A stretch of DNA of 64,000 nt from NCBI GenBank assembly GCA_040755725.1, contig JBFMAI010000032.1:85467-149466 (forward strand), given 5' to 3'. The translations under genes and the position numbers were made by a program. Below, piece after piece: positions 9,025 to 19,162 of this stretch. Every line of letters begins with the position of its first letter. Position 1 is the stretch's first letter. The notes under the pieces were generated by a model. It was not told the DNA's origin, did no database searches, and saw only the letters and a list, made by a program, of their open reading frames with translations. The DNA is from Planctomycetota bacterium (lineage in GTDB: Bacteria > Planctomycetota > Phycisphaerae > UBA1845 > Fen-1342).

Positions 9025-10578
9025 GTGCAAGTGGCGAAAGATGTGGGGATGCCCGGGCGCGCGATGGACAAGCGCTCTGCACGATACGACCCCTGGGACT
9101 GGCCGGCCGAGCCGACGCGGACACAGGGTGACGACGCAGACCGGTGGCTCGAATACGACCTCGACGGCGACGGCCACGCCGAGTACGCCCAGCGATTGTG
9201 CGGCGGCTACAAGCGCGAGCTGCACTTTCGCGCGCCCGGCAGCGAATCGCCGTCCGTGGTCCTGCGGCCAACGCCGGACGGCACCGCTGCCCCCCTGCTG
9301 CTGTTGCTGCTCGACGGCGTAGCCTACGAGCGCATTCGCGGGCTTTATGATGCCGGTCACTTTCGGCTCTTTCACCCCCCTGCCCGGCTGGTCAGCGTGT
9401 TCCCCACGCTAACCGACCCGGCGTACGACGGGCTGTTCGGAACGGGGCCGACCCCCGGGTTCGAGCCGGGGTTCTTCGACCGTGGCCGGAACCGCTTACG
9501 GAACGCGTTCGTCTGGCACCTTTTCGGCTGGAATGAGATCTGGGTACGGCACGTCGATTACCGCATGCCGTTCATCGAAGACGCACTCATGTACCTCTTC
9601 CCGCGTTGGGTTTACCCGCGCGAGTTGCGCCGCGGCCGACGGGTGCTTGACGCGCGGCTCGCCAGCGGCCGAACGCTGGCGGTGGTCTACATCCTCAGCA
9701 CGGATGGGTTGGGGCACATGCTGCGCCCGGCGGCGATCGACCAGGAGCTGCGTCGCCTGGACGCCTGGATTGAGCGCGCCGTCCATGACCATCGCGGCCA
9801 GCTTGACGTGGTCGCCCTCGCCGACCACGGCATGGGCCGCGTACCGGCAGGCTGTGCGCATCTCCGGGCATTTGACCTGCGCGGCGTGCTGCGGGCGGCC
9901 GGGCTTCACGTTGGCCGCCGGCTAAGGCGGCCAGGCGACGTGATCCTGCCGGTCTTCGGCTTGCTGGACGTGGCCCGACTGCACACGTTCGACGCGGCCA
10001 CGCGCGACCGGGCAGCGGCGGCGGTCCGCGCCTGCCCGGAAGTCGAACTCGTGGCCGTGCGCGACGGGGAGCGCGTGCGCGTATTGGCGGCGGACGAAGA
10101 GGCCGAGATCGAATGCCGGGAGGGCGACACCGACGGCCCGCTCTTCAGTTATCGGGTGCTTGGCGGCGACCCGCTGCGGCTTGTTTCCGCCGTGGCCGCC
10201 CTCCGCGCCGCCCCATCTACCCCCCCTACCGCTCTGGGCACGGCACGGGAGTGGCTCCGTCACACGGCGAAAGCCCCCTGCCCCGTTGCGCCGCCGCGCC
10301 TGTGGGACGCATTCTTTACGGTCTCCCGGGAACAACCCGACGTGATCGTGAGTCTGAATGATCGGTGCTTTGTCGGGAGCGGCGTGCTCAGCCGATTTGT
10401 CCGGATGCAGGGTACCCACGGCGGGCTGCACCGCCGAGCGACCGAGACATTCATCATGAGCACGCGTGTCACCCCGCCGTCACCGATGTACTGGGCCGAC
10501 GTGGGCCCCTGGCTGAGTCGTGAGTACGGCTGGCGTGCCGATGCGGCCAGTCGCGGTGCCGGCCCGAGGAAACGGTAG
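9025..10578 (+). CDS. Alkaline-phosphatase superfamily protein (type I phosphodiesterase/nucleotide pyrophosphatase-like). The start may be 9049 or 9064.
   Basis: VSVFPTLTDPAYDGLF (metal-binding/nucleophile region) and ILSTDGLGHM motifs resemble the AlkP core. High GC3 throughout. Confidence 0.45.
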   Translation: MQVAKDVGMPGRAMDKRSARYDPWDWPAEPTRTQGDDADRWLEYDLDGDGHAEYAQRLCGGYKRELHFRAPGSESPSVVLRPTPDGTAAPLLLLLLDGVAYERIRGLYDAGHFRLFHPPARLVSVFPTLTDPAYDGLFGTGPTPGFEPGFFDRGRNRLRNAFVWHLFGWNEIWVRHVDYRMPFIEDALMYLFPRWVYPRELRRGRRVLDARLASGRTLAVVYILSTDGLGHMLRPAAIDQELRRLDAWIERAVHDHRGQLDVVALADHGMGRVPAGCAHLRAFDLRGVLRAAGLHVGRRLRRPGDVILPVFGLLDVARLHTFDAATRDRAAAAVRACPEVELVAVRDGERVRVLAADEEAEIECREGDTDGPLFSYRVLGGDPLRLVSAVAALRAAPSTPPTALGTAREWLRHTAKAPCPVAPPRLWDAFFTVSREQPDVIVSLNDRCFVGSGVLSRFVRMQGTHGGLHRRATETFIMSTRVTPPSPMYWADVGPWLSREYGWRADAASRGAGPRKR

Positions 10579-10666
10579 GCTTCGGTCTGGTAGCCGGGTA
10601 AACTACAATTAGTCGGCGGGGCGAGCAGGTCCGTCCGACCTGGACGCCCGCGCAAGGAGAGCTGCC

Positions 10667-11443
10667 ATGTTCCGGTTGATGGTGTGGTCGTTGGTCGCCA
10701 TCCTGCCTGCGGTCGCGTGGGGGCAGACGCCTCCGTCGCAAGGCGCGGGGCGCGAGCGAGTGCCCAGCACACTGCGTGTGTTGAACCAGCGGCTGCCCGA
10801 AGTTTCGATTGACCGTACGCCCTTTGATCAAGTGATGGAATGGCTCGGGCAGTATGCGGGGCTGAACATCTCGGTGCGCTGGCGAATTCTCGAGGACAAC
10901 GGCATCGAGCGGGACACGCCGATCAGCATTCAGGCACGCAACTTGCGGCTGTCACAAGTCTTGTGGCTCATTATGAACGAGGCCGCCGGCGCGGACGTCA
11001 AGCTCGCCTACCGCGCCAGCGGCAACCTGATCGTGCTTTCGACCGCCGAGGACCTAAACCGCGAGATGGTCACGCGGATTTACGACATCTCCGACCTGCT
11101 CGTGAACATCCCGCGGGCCAGCCGCGCCAACGCGTTTGACGTTACCCAGGGCATGGGCCAGGGCGGGCAAGGGGGGGGTGGCGGCGGGAGCGGCATGTTC
11201 AACCAGGGCGGCGGCCAAGGCGGCGGCCAGCAAGGCGACCAGGGGGACAACATGGCCGGCGAGCAACAGCTCGAGAAGCTCATCGACCTTATCGAACAGA
11301 CCGTGGAACCCGATAGTTGGCAGAAGAACGGCGGCACGGGCAGCATTTTCGCCTTCCAGCGAACGCTCGTCGTCCGCAACACGATTCTCGTACACCAGCG
11401 TCTCGGCGGCTATCTGACCGAGGAGGAAGTCGTCGGCCAGTAG
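10667..11443 (+). CDS. Secreted hypothetical protein with a secretin-N-like/STN-like domain and a Gly/Gln-rich low-complexity segment
   Basis: Signal peptide MFRLMVWSLVAILPAVAWGQ. RBS caaggagag. Segment GMGQGGQGGGGGGSGMFNQGGGQGGGQQGDQGD. Confidence 0.6.
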   Translation: MFRLMVWSLVAILPAVAWGQTPPSQGAGRERVPSTLRVLNQRLPEVSIDRTPFDQVMEWLGQYAGLNISVRWRILEDNGIERDTPISIQARNLRLSQVLWLIMNEAAGADVKLAYRASGNLIVLSTAEDLNREMVTRIYDISDLLVNIPRASRANAFDVTQGMGQGGQGGGGGGSGMFNQGGGQGGGQQGDQGDNMAGEQQLEKLIDLIEQTVEPDSWQKNGGTGSIFAFQRTLVVRNTILVHQRLGGYLTEEEVVGQ

Positions 11444-11506
11444 CCAGCGCCCGCCGGCACCGGCCCGCCTTCGCCGGCCGCGCGGCCCTGGACACTCGCG
11501 AGCACC

Positions 11507-11859
11507 TCATGCCCCTGTGGTCCGCAACTGGGACGACCGCGCCGGTGTGGATACGACTGGCCGTCGGCGACGCGGACCTGGTGGGCGTGTTCCTGTGGTT
11601 CGCGGTGGTGGCCGTGGCGTCGCTGGCGGGGTTCTACCTGGTGGTGGCGTTGCGCCGGTGGATGCAGCGCGAGACGCGCGTCGAGTCCTTCACCCTTCAG
11701 GACCTACGCGACATGCGGGCCCGCGGGGACATCAGCGACCAGGAGTTCAGCGCGATGCGGGCCGCGATGCTGGCGCAGCAGGACTTCCGCGACGCCCGCG
11801 CGCCCGATGACTCGGCTTCCGCGGGCCACTCCGGCGACCCGCGCGCCGACGAACCCTAG
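11507..11859 (+). CDS. Membrane protein with a C-terminal SHOCT domain
   Basis: TM segment LVGVFLWFAVVAVASLAGFYLVVAL. SHOCT-like motif LQDLRDMRARGDISDQEFSAMRAAMLAQ. Confidence 0.5.
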
Positions 11860-11868
11860 AACACCCGT

Positions 11869-11926
11869 CAGAACCCCGCACGCCCGTGCGGGGCCGGGTG
11901 GCCCACGACTTGCGTGGCGGGCTCAG
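11869..11926 (+). repeat. REP/MITE-like palindromic element (family A)
   Basis: Sequence cagaaccccgcacgcccgtgcggggccgggtggcccacgacttgcgtggcgggctcag. It lies immediately 3' of the SHOCT gene stop. Confidence 0.6.
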
Positions 11927-12073
11927 TCCGCAGCTCTCAAGCATCTGCGTGCCCGTTGGACTTGCGGCCCCACCCCGCTAGAATGGCTAAGGTTGGCACG
12001 GTCAACGCGTCGAGAAAACAGGAGGCCGGCGACGTGACGGTCTCCGTCCGGCGGCGGGATGGCAGGAGAACGT

Positions 12074-13354
<1,281 letters not shown>

Positions 13355-13366
13355 AGGCCGTCGTCA

Positions 13367-13403
13367 CCCCTCTCCCTCCCCGGGAGGGGCGGGAGGAGGG
13401 TCT
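13367..13403 (+). terminator. GC-rich imperfect hairpin 3' of clpX; possible bidirectional terminator
   Basis: Sequence cccctctccctccccgggaggggcgggaggaggg, between convergent clpX and nfu-like genes. There is no U-tract. Confidence 0.2.
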
Positions 13404-13549
13404 GGACTGCCGTGCGCGAACATGGGGCGCAGGGGGCGGTGCCAGCGCGCCGGGGCGGCCCAAGCGCGGCTGGCCGGGAGGCTCGCCCTCCCGTCCTTGG
13501 TCCCGCGTCTCTAAGTACCCAGTGACCGCCGGGGCCCCCGGCTCACCCG

Positions 13550-13807
13550 TCAACCCGCATCGTTGACGACCCCACGGATTTCGGGAATGCGCTGTCGCAG
13601 GTGCCGTTCTACGCCCATTTGGAGCGTCATGGCGGCGTGAGGACATGACCGGCAGGCACCGCGCAGCCGGACGTGGGCGATTCCATCCTCGACGCGCAGG
13701 AGCTCGATGTCGCCGCCGTCCGCCTGGATGAACGGACGGAAGCTCTCGATCACGTCGCGTGTGCGCTCTTCGAGCGACTTTCCGGCCGGTGCTGTATCGG
13801 TCATGGT
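13550..13807 (-). CDS. NifU-like (Nfu-type) Fe-S cluster assembly protein
   Basis: Runs from MTDTAPAGKSLEERTRDVIESFRPFIQADGGDIELL to CRSCPHAAMTLQMGVERHLRQRIPEI, with a CxxC scaffold motif. Confidence 0.75.
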   Translation of the reverse strand, partial: TMTDTAPAGKSLEERTRDVIESFRPFIQADGGDIELLRVEDGIAHVRLRGACRSCPHAAMTLQMGVERHLRQRIPEIRGVVNDAG

Positions 13808-14188
13808 TGCGTCTCCGTCACTGCGGGTCGGCCCTCCCCCTACCGACCGTCGTCGGGGCCGACTACGGCTCACCGTACCGACCTGAAGATACCCGGAAGC
13901 GTGCCGGGTCACAACGTCGCGTGCGATCGACGGCGGCGGCCCGGCGGTCGGCTTCCCAGAAAAAAAGAAAGGAAAATGTGCGCGGCCCGCCCCCGGCCAA
14001 CGCATGTACACGTGTGACCGGAGGACGTGCGGGCGGGTGACAGCAGGCCGGAACCTTCCCGGGCGACGACAGCCACGGCGCCCCCGCGGACGTGGCGCGT
14101 TGCTCCGCCCGGGAGGTTTCGGCTTGCGCTGGGCCCCCAGCGGACGAGGTCGCAGCTCGCCTTCGGCAGTCCGACCGCGGCGTTGCTC

Positions 14189-16507
14189 TCAATCCCCACC
14201 GAAGAGCGTTCGCAGCCGCCAGCGGGCCAGCAGGTACTCGGCCATCGGGGTCTCGTGGTCACTCAGGTCGCATTCGACCCGGGTGGCCACGCAGTCCGCG
14301 AAGTTCCGCCGCGCCGCGGCCTTGTCCCCCGCCAGCAAACACGCCTCACCGGCGTAGTAGTAGGCTTCGCACACCTGCTCCCGGTCGCGACGGTCCGCGG
14401 TGGCCACCAGGTCCTCCGGTCGAGTGACCCCGCTCAGGCAGCGAAAGATGCGCTGCAACCACGGAGAACACTGCTCCTCGCTCGTCGCCTCCGCTAGCCG
14501 GGTCTCAGCTGCCACCAACGACCCGGTGTGCCGCAGAATCAGATAGGCCCGGACTTCGGCGTACGAGGGGTCGTTGCTGAGGTGGCGGAAGGAGCGATAG
14601 TCGTCCAGGGCCTCCTGCGGACGATTGAGCATCCACAGCACGGTGGCCCGTGCGTACCGCGCCCAGCGTTGGGCGTTCCGTTGGTCGCGGCAGCGTTCCA
14701 GCGCGGCGTCGTAATCCGCCAGGGCCTGCTCCAGGTTGTTCATTCGCCAGTGTAGATCACCCCGGTGGCGGTAGGCCGCCCAATCGCCGGTCTGCTCGAT
14801 CACCGCCGTGCACAGCTCCAACGCTTCGGAAGGCCGCCCGAGGCGCAGCAGAATCGAGGCTTCAAGCCACGTCCATCGCCGGGCGGTCTCCAGGGCCTGA
14901 ATTCGCCGCGTGCTTTCCAGAGCGCCGGGCCAGTCCTCGAGCTGGAGCTGACCGTGGACCATGCGACGCCAGGCCCGAATGTGGCGTGGGTCGCGCTGGA
15001 CCGCCTCACGAGCGCATTCGACCGCCCGGGGAACTTGGAGCGTGGCCAAGGAACGCAGATACCAGGCTTCGGCGTCATCCGGCGGCGTAGCCGCGGACGA
15101 GGCTTGCACGGCGTCCGGCTGCTCTGGATTCCCGGTCGCCGTCAGGATTTCGGCCAACAACAGGCGACAGGCCCACTGCGACGGGTCGCGCAACACCTCC
15201 CGCCGGAGGAAGTCAACCGCCTCGTAGGCGGAGGCCCCCCTGAACAGCGTCTGGGCCCGTGCGAGTTTCACGGACGGCAGGTGCGGACTGACCGCGTAGA
15301 TCTCCGCGGCCGCGTTCAGCGCAACCGCCACGTGACCACTCTCCAGCGCCAGCAGGGTGTCGAGGGCGGTGTTCTGCGAGTCGCCTGCGCGGCGTTTTCG
15401 CTCAACCTCGGCTGCCCGGCTCTGCCACCAGGCACTGGCAACCGCGCCACCCACCGCCGCCAGAAGCACCAGGCTGCCCAGGGCAATGCGTAGGCGATGT
15501 CGTGTGATGCGCTTTCGCAAGACGTACAGCCCGCTGGGCGACCGGGCCACGATCGGCTCCCCCCGCAGGTAGCGGCCGAGGTCGGAGCCGAACTCGCTGG
15601 CAGAGGCATATCGCCGCGCGGGATCCTTCTCGATCGCCTTCAGGACGATCAAATCGAGGTCGCGGTCCACCGCCCGGGTGAACCCGGAGGGTCGGGGCGC
15701 CGGCTCATCGAGTATCCGCCGCACGATGTCGTTCAGGTTCCCTGACCGGTCGAACGGAAGCCGGCCCGTGAGGGCCTCGTAGAGCATCACACCTAGGGCG
15801 TACACGTCGCTGCGCGCGTCAGCCACCAGCGTTCCGCCGCCGGCTTGCTCCGGGGAAAGATAGAGCGGCGTGCCGACGATCTGACCGGCCAAGGACAGCG
15901 ATTGCGCGTATCCCGCGCTCGTCACGTCCACGTCCAACGCCTTGGAAAGGCCGAAGTCCAGGACATGCGGGGGACCGTCGGCGGTGACGAGCACGTTGGC
16001 GGGTTTGAGATCGCGGTGGACCACTCCCTTCTGGTGGGCGTGCTCCAGGGCGTCGCAGATGTGCTGGAAGACGGTCAGCAGCCGCGGCAGGTCCGGTTGC
16101 ACGGCGGCCATCCAGTCGTTCAACCGCGTTCCGTCCACGAAGTCCATGGCGTAGTAGGGCTGCCCATCGACGGTGCGACCGCTTTCGAAGATGCGCGCGA
16201 TACCAGGGTGCTGGCAGCGGGCGGCGAGCTCAATCTCGCGCTGGAAGCGCTCCCGGGCCGCTGCGGAGGCGTAAACCCCGCCGAGCATCACCTTTACGGC
16301 CACCAGCCGCCGCGTCGAGACCTGAAGGGCCTTGTACACAACCCCCATTCCCCCGCGCCCGATTTCCTCCCGCAGCTCATAACCCGGGACGGCGTTGACC
16401 GGCGGTGCGGGGGCGCGGGCCGCCGCCGCCAATTCGGCCGCTTCCCGGCGGGCCGCGTCAATCAGCGCCGCTTCACGATTCCCGTCGCACGACCCGTTGT
16501 CGGACAT
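14189..16507 (-). CDS. Ser/Thr protein kinase with a TM helix and an extracytoplasmic TPR-repeat region
   Basis: GRGGMGVVYKA, HRDLKPANVLV, DFGLSK, TM segment LRIALGSLVLLAAVGGAVASAWW, then TPR-like repeats. Confidence 0.85.
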   Translation of the reverse strand: MSDNGSCDGNREAALIDAARREAAELAAAARAPAPPVNAVPGYELREEIGRGGMGVVYKALQVSTRRLVAVKVMLGGVYASAAARERFQREIELAARCQHPGIARIFESGRTVDGQPYYAMDFVDGTRLNDWMAAVQPDLPRLLTVFQHICDALEHAHQKGVVHRDLKPANVLVTADGPPHVLDFGLSKALDVDVTSAGYAQSLSLAGQIVGTPLYLSPEQAGGGTLVADARSDVYALGVMLYEALTGRLPFDRSGNLNDIVRRILDEPAPRPSGFTRAVDRDLDLIVLKAIEKDPARRYASASEFGSDLGRYLRGEPIVARSPSGLYVLRKRITRHRLRIALGSLVLLAAVGGAVASAWWQSRAAEVERKRRAGDSQNTALDTLLALESGHVAVALNAAAEIYAVSPHLPSVKLARAQTLFRGASAYEAVDFLRREVLRDPSQWACRLLLAEILTATGNPEQPDAVQASSAATPPDDAEAWYLRSLATLQVPRAVECAREAVQRDPRHIRAWRRMVHGQLQLEDWPGALESTRRIQALETARRWTWLEASILLRLGRPSEALELCTAVIEQTGDWAAYRHRGDLHWRMNNLEQALADYDAALERCRDQRNAQRWARYARATVLWMLNRPQEALDDYRSFRHLSNDPSYAEVRAYLILRHTGSLVAAETRLAEATSEEQCSPWLQRIFRCLSGVTRPEDLVATADRRDREQVCEAYYYAGEACLLAGDKAAARRNFADCVATRVECDLSDHETPMAEYLLARWRLRTLFGGD

Positions 16508-16582
16508 CCGAGGTCCTCGATACGTGCGCCGAGGTCGCCCGCAAGAGACGATGCGCGATCCTCGTTGACGCGGCGCCCGGTC

Positions 16583-17200
16583 TCATCCCGAGCTCATGTA
16601 TGCCGACGCCTGCCCCAATGCGCCGGCCAACCGCCGGTGGGCCCGGGCCCGCATGTTGAAGACCGCCCCGGCGCTACGACCGAGCAGTCGGGCCACCTCC
16701 TTTATGGGCCGCTGCTCCAGATCGTAGAGCACGATCACGCGACGGTAGTCGTCCGGCAGGCGTTCCAGCGCCGCACTTAGCTGCGCTCGCCACTCCCGGC
16801 GGGCCACATGCTGACTCGGCGTCGTGCCGGCCGCCGCCAGAGCTTCGACCAACGCCTGGGTCGCGCCGTCGGCCGTCCCCGCGCTGCGTCGTCGGTCCGT
16901 TCCGCGCCTTTCGGCGGTCAACATGCGAACGGCGTCGGTGAGCCGGCTTTCGGCGACCTTTCGCAGCCAGGCCAGGAAGCGACGCTCGTTCGTATACCGC
17001 AGGTGCGGCAAGGCCAGAAACGCGTCCGTGTACGCTTGCTGCATGATGTCGTCGACCGAGAGCATCGCGCGCCAGCGGCGCGGCAGACGCGGCGCGATCC
17101 AGCGGCGAACGGAGGGCCCGTGACGGCCCAGCAGAGTGGCAAGCTCCTGTTCCGTCAGGCCCGCGCCCGCGACCAGCGATTCCGATTCACTCCGTGTCAT
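16583..17200 (-). CDS. ECF-type RNA polymerase sigma factor. An alternative upstream start lies at 17257.
   Basis: Sigma-70 region 2 (DIMQQAYTDAFLAL) and region 4 HTH (YRRVIVLYDLEQRPIKEVARLLGRSAGAVFNMRARAHRRL). It lies directly upstream of the kinase on the same strand. Confidence 0.8.
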   Translation of the reverse strand: MTRSESESLVAGAGLTEQELATLLGRHGPSVRRWIAPRLPRRWRAMLSVDDIMQQAYTDAFLALPHLRYTNERRFLAWLRKVAESRLTDAVRMLTAERRGTDRRRSAGTADGATQALVEALAAAGTTPSQHVARREWRAQLSAALERLPDDYRRVIVLYDLEQRPIKEVARLLGRSAGAVFNMRARAHRRLAGALGQASAYMSSG

Positions 17201-17362
17201 GGCTCTCTGGCGACGGCCCGCGCCCATCGCAGTGGTTTCCCTTATGGTAACCAACAAGTTGCTGCTGACTCAATCGACGGAGGGCCCGGATAACGCGGCG
17301 GCTCCCGCCGATGGCTCCTGGCTTTGGCCGCTGAGGGACGTGGGCCATCGCACACGAGGGCG

Positions 17363-17389
17363 AGCCTCCCGGCGAGCTGCGGCTCGGCA
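17363..17389 (+). repeat. Family B short repeat (gagcctcccggcgagctgcggctcggc). A second copy is at 34854..34880.
   Basis: Exact 27-nt match between the two intergenic sites, with similar flanks (ga.gg.gagcc...ggc.gg). Confidence 0.5.
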
Positions 17390-17441
17390 GGCCGGCAGGG
17401 TCGCCGCAGGAGACAGTCTTGCCCTCTCGTCGGCAGTTCCT

Positions 17442-17512
17442 CGGAACCACTCACTGAAGCCGCCGGGCGAGTACCGGGCCGCTCGCCCCGCACTCGCGAG
17501 CGGGGTTCTGGT
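17442..17512 (-). repeat. REP/MITE-like element, family A, inverted orientation
   Basis: The reverse complement reads cagaaccccgctcgcgagtgcggggcgagcggcccggtactcgcccggcggcttcagtgagtggttcc. Confidence 0.45.
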
Positions 17513-17852
17513 GGGCCTTTTCACCGCCAGGGAGTCAGACACCGCCGGCTTTCGCCGGGGGTGGGTAAACCGCGGAACTGTGCGGGGAAAAAGATGATCT
17601 CGCGCGTGAGTACGGGGCCGATCTTACGTTCGTCATAATGTGCGGATGGACGTGCGGGTCGCTGCGCCGGCAGGGCAGCAGACGGCTCCTCCCGGGCGGC
17701 ACGGGTGACGCTCCCCGCGGTCGTCAGACCGATGTGCGCTCGGGAGGAATGCCGTCCTTACATCACCCTTCATGGTTCGATCGCTCTTGTACGCCGGGCC
17801 CTGCGCGCCTACGAGTTGCTAATAGGACCCAATGCATAGGTGGTGGCCGCCA

Positions 17853-17878
17853 GTCCCCGCACTGGCGTGCGGGTTCTG
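17853..17878 (+). repeat. Minimal REP family A copy (single hairpin plus GGGTTCTG)
   Basis: Sequence ccccgcactggcgtgcgggttctgac, about 34 nt from the 3' end of the tRNA. Confidence 0.35.
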
Positions 17879-17911
17879 ACGAGCGTTCCGCGGGATCTGG
17901 GACGGGCATAC

Positions 17912-17985
17912 TGGGTCAGGCGGGATTCGAACCCGCACTGGAGGGATTTTAAGTCCCTTGCCTCTGCCGGTTGGGCTACTGACCC
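17912..17985 (-). tRNA. Class-I (74 nt) tRNA with anticodon loop CUUAAAA, so anticodon UAA (nominally Leu, codons UUA/UUG). The body closely resembles bacterial tRNA-Lys.
   Basis: Reverse complement: GGGTCAG TA GCCCAACCGGCAGAGGC A AGGGA CTTAAAA TCCCT CCAGT GCGGG TTCGAAT CCCGC CTGACCC A. It has a perfect 7-bp acceptor, 5-bp anticodon and T stems, a GG in the D-loop, a GTTCGAATC T-loop and discriminator A. CCA is not encoded. Confidence 0.7.
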
Positions 17986-18018
17986 ATCGCCCCCGCTGTT
18001 CTGGACGTATTCCGGCGC

Positions 18019-19062
18019 CTATATGGAGCACACAGTCACCGGCCGCGGTGGGGTGCCGACGGTAATTTCCGCGAAACCGGTCACGGACGTGCTCAGATAT
18101 CCCAGGCCAACCCAGTGCGGCTGCGTGGGATGTCGGACCAGGGACGTGACTCGCCCAATGTTCCGCGCGTCGCGCGCCAGCGGCGCCGGCAGGGTCAGCC
18201 CCTCCCCCTGGCTGACGCGGAGCTGCACGAGTCGGCGGGCGAGGGCCCCGCGCGAGCGCATTCGTTCGATGATCTCCTGACCGAGGTAGCAGCCCTTGCG
18301 GTCGTTGATCGCGCGTTCGCGCTGGCTGGTTTCGGGCGGCAGGACGGAATCGTCGATATCCCGGCCGAGCCAGGGTATGCCGGCTTCGATGCGCAGGACA
18401 TCCACAGTCCGATAACCCACGGGTCGCCCCCCTGCCTCGGCGATGCGGTCCCACCAGGCCGCTGCCTGCCCGCGCGGCACAACGAGGTCGAAACCCATCA
18501 GGCCGGCAAAATCGTGGCGTATGAGTCGCGCGTCGCCCTCGAGTGGCACGCTGGCGAGCGGCCCCAGCACCGGAAGATTGGCGACGCCCAGCGACGCCGC
18601 GATCGTCCGGGTCTGCGGTCCGCAACAGCCCAGGCGCGCGACGTGCCCGTTCGCGTTCTCGATATGCACGTCCTCGCTGATCAGGTGGCGGTCGAAGTGG
18701 GCGGCGGCGACCGGGACGGCCACACGATCCACATCCAACCAGAACGCATCGGGCAGGCACAGGATGTTGAGGTCGAAGAGGATCCGGCCCTGGACGTTCA
18801 CCGCGAACGCGTACTGCCCCATATTCTCCCCCAGCAGGGTCACCGCATTCGCGACGAGGTTGTTCAGCCACGCCGCGCGATCGCGGCCGCGAACGATCAA
18901 CAGCCCGCGGTCGCTGCGATCGACCAACGCCGCGCCCTGGCGCGCCGCGTGATACTCCTCGGCCGGCGGGCCGAACGCCGCCGCCATCCGAACGCCACGG
19001 ATTCCTTCGATCTCCCTTGCCCGGTACGCCTGGGCGTCGGAGAAGGGTGACAGGTCGCTCAT
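18019..19062 (-). CDS. ygfZ: YgfZ/GcvT-family folate-binding protein (Fe-S cluster repair/tRNA-modification associated)
   Basis: Signature KGCYLGQE motif, aminomethyltransferase-like fold, approximately 348 aa from MSDLSPFSDAQAYR. Confidence 0.7.
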   Translation of the reverse strand: MSDLSPFSDAQAYRAREIEGIRGVRMAAAFGPPAEEYHAARQGAALVDRSDRGLLIVRGRDRAAWLNNLVANAVTLLGENMGQYAFAVNVQGRILFDLNILCLPDAFWLDVDRVAVPVAAAHFDRHLISEDVHIENANGHVARLGCCGPQTRTIAASLGVANLPVLGPLASVPLEGDARLIRHDFAGLMGFDLVVPRGQAAAWWDRIAEAGGRPVGYRTVDVLRIEAGIPWLGRDIDDSVLPPETSQRERAINDRKGCYLGQEIIERMRSRGALARRLVQLRVSQGEGLTLPAPLARDARNIGRVTSLVRHPTQPHWVGLGYLSTSVTGFAEITVGTPPRPVTVCSI

Positions 19063-19162
19063 GTCGATCCTCCCAACGGCTCGCCGTCCGGCGCACCCAT
19101 TCGCAGCGCGGGGAGGGTCCACTACAATCCGACACACTACGGCAATCCGGCGAGCGGTGCAA

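Noticed and set aside
13950-13980. A/T-rich tract (cagaaaaaaagaaaggaaaatg) as an intrinsic terminator
   Set aside because: No convincing upstream hairpin on either strand. It is more likely part of the promoter or UP region of the nfu-like gene, or a compositional oddity.
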